Assembly (NCBI GenBank): GCA_002683775.1
Contig: NYTT01000039.1
Span: 1 to 34,384 of the forward strand
DNA: 34,384 nt
From: Flavobacteriales bacterium
GTDB lineage: Bacteria; Bacteroidota; Bacteroidia; Flavobacteriales; BACL11
Direction: 5' to 3'
Below are positions 8,330-16,376 of this stretch, one piece after another (the stretch's first letter is position 1; the number at the start of each line of letters is the position of its first letter). A program made the translations under genes and the position numbers. Below the pieces are notes generated by a model that saw nothing but the letters and a program-made list of their open reading frames with translations, made no database searches and had not been told where the DNA came from.

Positions 8330-9590
8330 ATTTATAATATTTAAAGAATGAAAAAATTGAAATAATAAAATAAACAGAAGATAAGCAGTACATCATAACT
8401 AATGAGTTAGTTTTAGTATCACTAGAATTATAATAAAAATAAATTAAAATAGTAATTATAGCAACTATAAAAACACTAGCAAATTTCATACTAAATTTAC
8501 TGACATTATTTGATGGAAGTGTAAAAAATGGCTGGAATAATACTGCTGCAATAAAAATTAAAATAAAGGAATAACTAAGATCCTTTGCATAAGCTACAGT
8601 AGCGATAGTATCATTTAAAGTAAAGGCTCCTCTTTCAAAAATAAAGTGAAATATTACAAAACCGAACGTATGAATAACAAACACTAATCCTAAACCAAAA
8701 ACAAGTGCTCCAAAGACAGAAAAAAATATTAATCTTAAATCTTTCTTGATAGAAATTCTCTGTAAAATAATAGTATTTAAATTCAAAATAACTGCCGTTA
8801 AGAAAACATTTAATATCACTACTGAATAATTAAAAAATGCAATATTATTTGTATTGTCAAGACCTGCAGTAAATCTTGATATTAATATTATTATATTTGA
8901 GAGATTACCTAAAAATAGTACCGGTATACTAAAATCTTTAACTCCAAATTGAATTTTTTCACCTGTATCTTCCTTCATCATTGGAAATAAATAAAAATAA
9001 AATAAACTAAATAGTCCTACTAATCTACTTAATGCAATTCCAATAATACCAAGTATTATAGAAAATGGATAAAGCACTAAAGTGGATAAAAATATATCAA
9101 TTGTAGTAGAAATAGAATGCTTTCTAAATTGACCTTTTCCCTGCATAATAACAAGAAAGATTGCATTGTAAAAATTTACTGAAAGAATAATTCCTAATAA
9201 AATAGAAACGAGAATAAATGTCCAAAAATATTCTGTTTGCAAATAAAATACTATAGGTATTTGTATAATCTGGCTTAATACAAAAAGACCAAGCATAACT
9301 TTCTGAGAAAATTTAAAAATATTTTTTAATGAAACATCTTTATTTCTAGAGTATAATTTTGAAAACTTTGATAGTAAAGCTGCTTGCATAGCACTTCCTT
9401 GAGTAAACTCTGAAAATAATTCTGAAATAGTCTTTAGAAACAAGAAATTAGAATAAAAAATAGATGAACCAAATATTGCTGCTAAAATAATTTCTCTAAA
9501 AAAACCAAAACCTTTTTTAATCAAATTAGAGCTAAACATATAGATAAAGTCAATTACCGATTTTGATAAAAATTGAGATTTAATAGACAT
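8319..9590 (-). CDS. MOP-superfamily flippase, MurJ/MviN-like (probable Wzx role in this locus)
   Basis: 423-aa polytopic membrane protein. The N-terminus KKGFGFFREIILAAIFGSS...QGSAMQAALLSKFSKL resembles the MurJ signature SRxLGxxRexxxAxxFG...eGaxxxaxxP. 11-nt overlap with the wzy-like gene. Confidence 0.65.
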   Translation of the reverse strand: MSIKSQFLSKSVIDFIYMFSSNLIKKGFGFFREIILAAIFGSSIFYSNFLFLKTISELFSEFTQGSAMQAALLSKFSKLYSRNKDVSLKNIFKFSQKVMLGLFVLSQIIQIPIVFYLQTEYFWTFILVSILLGIILSVNFYNAIFLVIMQGKGQFRKHSISTTIDIFLSTLVLYPFSIILGIIGIALSRLVGLFSLFYFYLFPMMKEDTGEKIQFGVKDFSIPVLFLGNLSNIIILISRFTAGLDNTNNIAFFNYSVVILNVFLTAVILNLNTIILQRISIKKDLRLIFFSVFGALVFGLGLVFVIHTFGFVIFHFIFERGAFTLNDTIATVAYAKDLSYSFILIFIAAVLFQPFFTLPSNNVSKFSMKFASVFIVAIITILIYFYYNSSDTKTNSLVMMYCLSSVYFIISIFSFFKYYKFVR

Positions 9591-9621
9591 AATCTATTAC
9601 ATAGTTTTTTGTAAATACATG

Positions 9622-10455
9622 TTACTTAGCTTCTTTTATAAGTGCAATGAACATACCAAATATAAGACTAATGAACGCACCTAAGACACTCCATAATAAT
9701 ATATCATCTTCTTTATGCTCAACATTTGGAAATCTTTGTACATACACTAAAGGAAGAAGTAAGTCCTGATTTATATTAATTTCTTCTCTAAGGTGACTTA
9801 AGGATACAATTTGATTACTTAACTCCTTACCTTCCTTACCACTAATAATATTTACAGAACTTATATCAAGATTATTCTTAGCCCCCGCCATTCTAACTTC
9901 ACCTAATAAACTAATTTCATTTTCGATATCTTTAATTATTTTAATATTTGATTCTAAATATCTATTGTAATAATTACTCACAAAATCATTATTTTCAAAA
10001 TAATATATTAAACCATCAGAAATTTGACTCAATAATTGATTATCAAAAATAACTAATCTAATTTCAAACTTATTAAGCGCATAGAACTTTTCATCCATAT
10101 CTTGCTGATACAATTGTTCTGCTTCAATTTTCTTAATTGAAGAGGCAACATTTAGTTCAACACCCAGAGCATTAGAAATATAACTATAGTCTTCGTTATC
10201 AATGCTAATTTGTAAATGATTGATCAAATCAATTGCGGTTCTTTGGCTTAAATCTTCAACTTGATCTTGACGTTCATATTCAGCAATACCTGACATACAG
10301 ATTGCATTTGTCTCATAATAGGGTTTTTTTAAATTTTGATACAATATTACTGTCAACACTCCAATTAAAATGAAGATGATCAATAGTTTCTTATTTCTTC
10401 TGTTAAAAGTTACAAATTTTACAAATAACTTCCCTAAATCTAATTCTTCGTTCAT
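9622..10455 (-). CDS. Wzz-like polysaccharide chain-length determinant (PCP) lacking a kinase domain
   Basis: 277 aa. One TM helix near the N-terminus (LLIIFILIGVLTVILY) and one at the C-terminus (LLWSVLGAFISLIFGMFIALI), flanking a coiled-coil-like acidic domain. First gene of the locus. Confidence 0.55.
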   Translation of the reverse strand: MNEELDLGKLFVKFVTFNRRNKKLLIIFILIGVLTVILYQNLKKPYYETNAICMSGIAEYERQDQVEDLSQRTAIDLINHLQISIDNEDYSYISNALGVELNVASSIKKIEAEQLYQQDMDEKFYALNKFEIRLVIFDNQLLSQISDGLIYYFENNDFVSNYYNRYLESNIKIIKDIENEISLLGEVRMAGAKNNLDISSVNIISGKEGKELSNQIVSLSHLREEININQDLLLPLVYVQRFPNVEHKEDDILLWSVLGAFISLIFGMFIALIKEAK

Positions 10456-10538
10456 ATTTATATATTTCTTTAAATCAACTTTGGTAAAAATACAATATTA
10501 AATTACACAGATTAAATAGAAAACAAGTTCTATAATAA

Positions 10539-10570
10539 AAAAATGAGCTCCTTAACTGAAGCTCATTTTT
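10539..10570 (-). terminator. Rho-independent terminator downstream of gldN
   Basis: Inverted repeat AAAAATGAGCT (10539-10549) / AGCTCATTTTT (10560-10570) with a 10-nt loop. On the minus-strand transcript the stem is followed by a U-run (A7 at 10537-10543 on the plus strand). Lies 18 nt after the gldN stop. Confidence 0.7.
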
Positions 10571-10587
10571 ATTTGTTATCTAGACTA

Positions 10588-11493
10588 TTAATATTCCCAT
10601 AAATCATGCTCAATATTAAAGATTTCAGCTTTTATACGTTCAGCTTCTAAAAGGGCATCTAAACCTACCATATATTCATTAACCTCACGATCCATAACAT
10701 TCGCTTCCCTAACAATTACAGAGCCAAACATTCTTTTCCAAAATATATCATCATAAGTTCTTCTTTCTGCGTCATTTTTAACTAAATTAAAAACCTCAGC
10801 ATTTATTAGTACTTCGCGAGCTTCAGGAAAATGCACCCAAAATAATGGAGAAAAACCACCAGTCAATTTATTAGTAATCTCATCTCTATTCTCTTGAAGC
10901 GGTGCAAGGCCTATTATACGGACATCCATCACAGATCTTTGTTTGTCAAAGAACCATTCTTCTTTTAGTCTCCATTTCTTTACGGTATTTCTATTAAATG
11001 GTATTTTAACAGCAACTGTTTTCTTAGCTAAATCTATATCAACACCCTGCCTTACTAATTCCATATCGGTTACTTCTCTAATTTCCTCAACAGCCCCACC
11101 AATAGATTTAATTTCTGTTGCAGTCATAGGCGATCGGAATTCATCATCATAAACAGCATTTCCGTAAGCTGTTATAGTTCCTTCTTGAATGGCACTATAT
11201 ATTACATCAATTAGACTCATTCTATCACCTGTAATAGCGGCACCTGCCTCACCTGTATTCTCAGGGTAATAAAAAGCGTGGTTTATCTTTTGTCTTAAAT
11301 CAATTTCTCTCCAGATTTTACGAGACCACATAACATCAGCTTGTCTTAATGGTGCATATTTCTGAACAATCTTATTATGATGCTTTTCTTTTTTATAAAC
11401 AGAGTTCATATCCTCAACAGATAGTACATCTTGAGCACTTAGTGTAAGAGAAGTCATTACACCAGCAATTAATAGGGGAAATATCTTTTTCAT
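10588..11493 (-). CDS. gldN: Gliding motility / type IX secretion protein GldN (PorN)
   Basis: 301 aa. Signal peptide ending LSAQD. The conserved block LRQADVMWSRKIWREIDLRQKINHAFYYP is typical of GldN. Last gene of the gldKLMN order. Confidence 0.9.
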   Translation of the reverse strand: MKKIFPLLIAGVMTSLTLSAQDVLSVEDMNSVYKKEKHHNKIVQKYAPLRQADVMWSRKIWREIDLRQKINHAFYYPENTGEAGAAITGDRMSLIDVIYSAIQEGTITAYGNAVYDDEFRSPMTATEIKSIGGAVEEIREVTDMELVRQGVDIDLAKKTVAVKIPFNRNTVKKWRLKEEWFFDKQRSVMDVRIIGLAPLQENRDEITNKLTGGFSPLFWVHFPEAREVLINAEVFNLVKNDAERRTYDDIFWKRMFGSVIVREANVMDREVNEYMVGLDALLEAERIKAEIFNIEHDLWEY

Positions 11494-11498
11494 AATTA

Positions 11499-13202
11499 TT
11501 ATTTAATTTCTATAACAAGGTCATTTAAGTCTTGTTCAATTTTTGTGCCATATCTAATGGCTTTTATTTTTGAAATATTTATTGTAGACCCAGAAGAGGA
11601 ATTAACAATAATATTTTTCATCTTTTTTGTCCATTCATTGTTAGAAGATTTATCTGATGCTGCTGCACCCTTATATGTACCTGATAATTTAAATTCAGTT
11701 ACAAGATACGTAAGACCTTCAAATTCAAAATTCTTCAGCTCTGCGAGAACACCACCAGATGAAGTTAATGTAGTTCTATCAACTAAACCATTTTTTACGC
11801 CGTTAATATATGGTGTTGGTGGAGGTGGAACTTTAACTCTAAAAGGAATTTCTCCCATCTTAGTTCTTTTACCATCAACATTAGCAAATAATGTAATTTT
11901 TGCCTTACCTTCTTTAACAGGGCGAACTGACCATTCCCCTAAAGACTTTTTTGTAGGTTTAATCTTGCCATTGTTAACAACTGCTGAAATTTCACTTGAT
12001 GTATATCCAGGAACAGAAACTTTGATAGGATTATCTAATTGTGTATACAAGATATTCATTTTAACAGGAGAAACAACTGCAGTTTTAGCAGCAACAAGAT
12101 ACTCTCCATTAAATGGGTAGAACTTAGTTCCAGTCTCAGTTTTCATAGAAATTAATCCACCATATTTCTTTAAACCCTCTGAAGTTGTTCTCTTGGAAAA
12201 GACTCCCTTACCATTTAAAACTTTTACCACCTCATATTCACCACGCATCTCATACTTACCACCACCAAGACTATCGTATTCGCCAACAAAAATCTCTGGG
12301 TCTTGACCATCTTGTTTAGCAGAAATAAAGATAGATGATCTAAATGAATCTCCTCTTAGTACAAAATTTGATTTAGGAATTTGAATACCTTCAGCTGATG
12401 TGAATTTTAAGGACTTAGAATCAATATCTCTTTTTAAATAATCAATAACATCGGCTTCTAGGTTTCTAAGATCTGACTGTATCTTAGATAGAATTGTTAA
12501 TGCGCTCACTGAAGGCATATCAACAAAATTATATGTTTCCCAATTTTGTTGTTTTTTTCCTACTCTGTCAGAAACATCAAAAACGATATTAATATTGTCG
12601 ATAAGCCCTTGATTATTACCAGACAAATTAATTAGGAAATCTCTATATTCTTCAATTTTTTCTTTTAATTCAGTAGCTCTTTTCTTAACTCCTGGGTTAA
12701 CAGTTTTTGGATAAAACAAATCTTGTGATGCATATCTGTTACTTTTATTCTTAAGATAAGCAATAGGCATAGATTTCTGGAATTGTGATAAATCAGTAAA
12801 ACTTTTATCAACAATTGCAAGGGTCTCTATTAAATCACCGTCAGCATCATAAATGTCTGATTCACTTCCAAAATATATTTTGTTTTTATCAACTTTGCAT
12901 ACCAAATCGTACTTCATTTCTTGTATAAATAAGACCGCTGCATCAGACTTACTTTTAATTAAATAAGCCTTATCTCTTACATCTTGATATTTTTCAGGAT
13001 TATTAGAGGCTGCATTATCAAAAGCAGCATAAGTAGATTCATTTTTAGAATTAAAATTATTTGTAGTTCTTTCAATACCTTTATTAACTTCAAAAAATGA
13101 ATTTAAAACTTCTTTCGATACATTTAATGCTAGTAATGCTGTAAGCACTAAGTACATCATATTAATCATCTTTTGTCTTGGGGATAAATTACCTCCTGCC
13201 AT
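11499..13202 (-). CDS. gldM: Gliding motility / type IX secretion protein GldM (PorM)
   Basis: 567 aa. Hallmark N-terminus MAGGNLSPRQKMINMMYLVLTALLALNVSKEVLNSF with a single TM helix. Starts 5 nt upstream of gldN. Confidence 0.9.
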   Translation of the reverse strand: MAGGNLSPRQKMINMMYLVLTALLALNVSKEVLNSFFEVNKGIERTTNNFNSKNESTYAAFDNAASNNPEKYQDVRDKAYLIKSKSDAAVLFIQEMKYDLVCKVDKNKIYFGSESDIYDADGDLIETLAIVDKSFTDLSQFQKSMPIAYLKNKSNRYASQDLFYPKTVNPGVKKRATELKEKIEEYRDFLINLSGNNQGLIDNINIVFDVSDRVGKKQQNWETYNFVDMPSVSALTILSKIQSDLRNLEADVIDYLKRDIDSKSLKFTSAEGIQIPKSNFVLRGDSFRSSIFISAKQDGQDPEIFVGEYDSLGGGKYEMRGEYEVVKVLNGKGVFSKRTTSEGLKKYGGLISMKTETGTKFYPFNGEYLVAAKTAVVSPVKMNILYTQLDNPIKVSVPGYTSSEISAVVNNGKIKPTKKSLGEWSVRPVKEGKAKITLFANVDGKRTKMGEIPFRVKVPPPPTPYINGVKNGLVDRTTLTSSGGVLAELKNFEFEGLTYLVTEFKLSGTYKGAAASDKSSNNEWTKKMKNIIVNSSSGSTINISKIKAIRYGTKIEQDLNDLVIEIK

Positions 13203-13239
13203 AGTATTCTATTTATTATTTGGTATTACTGTAAGATGA

Positions 13240-13899
13240 TTATTTATTAGGATTCATTGCGTTAAGCATGTTAGAATATACAGAATTTAATTGCTCTAAA
13301 TTCTCAGCTAAACTACTAACTTGTACTTGAAACTTTTTCGAGTCTTCTACTGATGATTGTAGATTTTGAAGGAATAAATTTGTAGCCTCCATTTGCTGGT
13401 TCGATGCCTGTAGTTGAAGTTCATAAAGTGCATTAAGAGCATTCATGTTTTTTACACCCTCATGAATTTGTGAATTGTATTCAGAAATCCCTGCGGCGGC
13501 AGTTACAGTTTCGTTTAATTGTTTTGCTGATTCACCAAATGACCTTAACCCATCATTTAAACTTTCAATAAGCTCATTATCAATTTTTGCTTTTTCCAAT
13601 GCATCATCTAATTGCTGTGATGGTCTTTTATTGGAATTTGGGTCTTCCATGTGTGCAAGTTCAGGATAAACTAAAGACCAATCTGGATCTACATGTGGTT
13701 TTTCAAATGCAGAAAAGAAAAATATAACTGCTTCAATACCAAGTCCAGCCATAAGCATATAAGATGCACCTGGGAGGTTCTCAATCTTAAAAAGTGCACC
13801 TAAAATTACAATGGCTGCACCCCAACCATATAATTTTGGCATCATTAATTTATACCATTTTGCTTCTGTAATTTTTTCAATGTTATCTATGAAACTCAT
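13240..13899 (-). CDS. gldL: Gliding motility / type IX secretion motor protein GldL (PorL)
   Basis: 219 aa. Two N-terminal TM helices (YGWGAAIVILGALFKI and MLMAGLGIEAVIFFFSAFE, with an intramembrane Glu), followed by a coiled-coil cytoplasmic tail. Confidence 0.9.
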   Translation of the reverse strand: MSFIDNIEKITEAKWYKLMMPKLYGWGAAIVILGALFKIENLPGASYMLMAGLGIEAVIFFFSAFEKPHVDPDWSLVYPELAHMEDPNSNKRPSQQLDDALEKAKIDNELIESLNDGLRSFGESAKQLNETVTAAAGISEYNSQIHEGVKNMNALNALYELQLQASNQQMEATNLFLQNLQSSVEDSKKFQVQVSSLAENLEQLNSVYSNMLNAMNPNK

Positions 13900-13989
13900 A
13901 TTCTATTTGTTAATTATTTATAATTTATCTTAAAATCTTTTCGGTTGTATTATTAAAAATTTATTTCACTTAAGGATTGAATATCTTTT

Positions 13990-15315
13990 TTATTCAAAAT
14001 CTTTTTTATCTCTTCCCAAAAAGTCAACAGCACATCTAAAACCAATATATGATTTTGCTGTATCTTGATATTCAAATGTTCTTGTGCTATTTTGAATGAA
14101 GTAAGCAATATCTTTCCATGATCCCCCTCTAATAGCTTTTCTCTTTAACACTACGTGATCATCTTCATTAGCTTCGTAAAATCTGTCCATATTCATATCA
14201 TGTGAATAAGAAAAAGCAGATTCATCATACGCATTTGACGTCCATTCAGCAACATTACCAGACATATCATAAAGACCATATCCATTTGGATTGTAAGATG
14301 CAGTCTTAATTGCTTTAATTCCACCGTCTGCAACGTAATTACCTCTTAGTGGCTTGAAATTAGCTAAAAAACATCCTTTAATATTTCTTGTATAAGGACC
14401 TCCCCAAGGGTATGGTGACGCATCTAAACCACCTCTAGAAGCATACTCCCACTCTGATTCAGTTGGCAATCTAAATTCTGGTAAAATTGGTTGCTTAATA
14501 TCTCGTAAAAAAGAATTCATCATCTTAGATCTCCAATGTGCAAATGCAGTAGCCTGCTTCCAGTTAACACCAACAACAGGGTAGTCATCAAAGGCAGGAT
14601 GCCAGAAATATTTCTTAGCGTAAGGATCATTAAACGAATATGAATAATCATGATTCCAAGTTAATGTATCAGGATATATATTAATCTCAATATCTTTAAG
14701 AAATTCACTCCTATCAGTTTCACCTTTCGCACCATTCTCTCTTTTTGATTTAACGGATGCAGATTTGAGATCAATAACTTGATATTTATAAGTAAATTTT
14801 CTTGTGTCGAACTCTTTTATTCTTCCATCAAAAACCTCACTACCAGTCAAATACATTTCTTCAAGAATTGATCTTACATCCATATCATCCATGTTGATTT
14901 TTCCTTTCCAGTTAATCAATGGTTTACCGTAAGCATCTTCTATTGGCATATCATTCTCATCAAGCATTACGTATTCTGGATCATCAAATTTCATTTCGGC
15001 TAATTGCTTCCTTAATATAGAATCCTTTACCCAATTTGTAAATTGTCTGTATTCATTGTTTGTAATTTCTGTTTCGTCCATATAAAAAGCACCAACAGAA
15101 ACTGTTTTAGACTGCGAAACATTTGCAAATGGAACATCTTGATCAGAAGGGCCCATATTATAACTTCCTTGAGGAATAAAAACCATCCCATAAGGATCTG
15201 TAGGATTCCAAATTTGTCTATTTTGGGAACCTATAAGTTCTCCATTTCCAGAACCACCACAACCGTATAGTGTGGCAATTATCAATGTTACTAAAATTAT
15301 TTTTTTCATAATCAT
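13990..15315 (-). CDS. gldK: Gliding motility / type IX secretion lipoprotein GldK (PorK), FGE-sulfatase (SUMF1)-like fold
   Basis: 441 aa. Lipobox LYGCGGS. Motifs GELIG...NPTDPYGMVFIPQGSYNMG, PVVGVNWKQATAFAHW, RLPTESEWEYASRGG, YGLYDMSGNVAEW and RGGSW, typical of GldK/FGE-domain proteins. Confidence 0.9.
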   Translation of the reverse strand: MIMKKIILVTLIIATLYGCGGSGNGELIGSQNRQIWNPTDPYGMVFIPQGSYNMGPSDQDVPFANVSQSKTVSVGAFYMDETEITNNEYRQFTNWVKDSILRKQLAEMKFDDPEYVMLDENDMPIEDAYGKPLINWKGKINMDDMDVRSILEEMYLTGSEVFDGRIKEFDTRKFTYKYQVIDLKSASVKSKRENGAKGETDRSEFLKDIEINIYPDTLTWNHDYSYSFNDPYAKKYFWHPAFDDYPVVGVNWKQATAFAHWRSKMMNSFLRDIKQPILPEFRLPTESEWEYASRGGLDASPYPWGGPYTRNIKGCFLANFKPLRGNYVADGGIKAIKTASYNPNGYGLYDMSGNVAEWTSNAYDESAFSYSHDMNMDRFYEANEDDHVVLKRKAIRGGSWKDIAYFIQNSTRTFEYQDTAKSYIGFRCAVDFLGRDKKDFE

Positions 15316-15345
15316 ATATTTTTCACCTAAGTGTATTAAATCATT

Positions 15346-16263
15346 TTACAGAAATCTAGGATTTTTGTATTTTGAAATTGTTTTTGTTGTTTTTACTTTA
15401 AAATTATATCCTAGCATAAACTCAAGAGAATTAGACATTGGATTAACAATCGTAACATCATATCCAACACCAAATCTTAAATTCTCGTTTATATTCATAC
15501 CTGCAAGTATAATTACACCTTCATTTATTCGATAACTAACACCACTCCACATCTTGTTATTGTAAATAAGATTTGTATTGACATCCAATTGAGATGTTGC
15601 GCCATCATGCTTGAGATATATTGAAGGGTGTAGAGAAAACTGAGAGTTTATCTCGTAATTATATCCAGAAATAAGAAAATAATGTCGGGCTAAATTAAAG
15701 GATTGTCCATCACTCCATTCAATTGTAGGCTCAGTCATGTGAGCAGAAGATAATCCTATGTACATATTTTGATTATTGAAATAAACTCCAGCACCAATAT
15801 CAAGTTTAGATCCATTAACATCACCTGTAGGGATAACAGGATCTCCTCCCTGAGAAGGTCGTAGTGCACCTCCATTAAGGCCACTTTGGTACATACCAAC
15901 TGACATTCCCATTCCTATCTGCCCAAAACCTAGCTGAGTCATGTAGGCATAAGAAGCCTGTATACCCAAATTACTAAAAGAGGCAATATTATCTTTCACA
16001 ATATTAAGTCCAACACCTCCGTTAAGAATTGGAACTTCAGCATCAACACTGAAATTTTGTGTTGAAGCAGCAGCCCCTTCATCATCAAAACCCATCCATT
16101 GCGACCTATGTAAAACCGAAGTAGATATACCAGATGTACTACCAGCGTATCCTGGATTGTTTGCTAGTTTATTAAACATGTTTTGACTGAACTGTGGGTC
16201 CTGTTGCGCATAAAGACTCAAAACACAAAACAAATTTACGCATAAAAATACTATTCTTTTCAT
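15346..16263 (-). CDS. PorP/SprF-family type IX secretion system outer-membrane protein
   Basis: 305 aa. Signal peptide, then the family hallmark AQQDPQFSQNMFNKLANNPGYAGS. Beta-barrel-like alternating pattern ending in F. Ends 30 nt upstream of gldK, as in the porPKLMN order. Confidence 0.85.
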   Translation of the reverse strand: MKRIVFLCVNLFCVLSLYAQQDPQFSQNMFNKLANNPGYAGSTSGISTSVLHRSQWMGFDDEGAAASTQNFSVDAEVPILNGGVGLNIVKDNIASFSNLGIQASYAYMTQLGFGQIGMGMSVGMYQSGLNGGALRPSQGGDPVIPTGDVNGSKLDIGAGVYFNNQNMYIGLSSAHMTEPTIEWSDGQSFNLARHYFLISGYNYEINSQFSLHPSIYLKHDGATSQLDVNTNLIYNNKMWSGVSYRINEGVIILAGMNINENLRFGVGYDVTIVNPMSNSLEFMLGYNFKVKTTKTISKYKNPRFL

Positions 16264-16376
16264 CTACAATTTACTAAAAAATTTGTGCTAAAATAAACAA
16301 TTTTTAAGACTTTAATATTATCATCTGATAATAAACTTAGTTTATAGAACTCAAATTGCTGTCTTCCAAAGCTTTA

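Noticed and set aside
11545-12120. 191-aa ORF antisense to gldM, unusually long for an AT-rich genome.
   Set aside because: It is out of frame by one with the gldM codons, has no motif, signal or start context, and gldM is confidently coding here. The frame is most likely kept open by gldM codon usage.
16264-16376. Searched the porP upstream spacer for a Bacteroidetes -7 box, a sigma-54 element or a terminator. Found only the AAAGCTTT palindrome and a 6-bp ATAAAC/GTTTAT hairpin.
   Set aside because: There is no exact TAnnTTTG or GG-N10-GC match. The hairpin is AT-only with a 3-nt loop and no U-tract, so it is not reportable as a feature.
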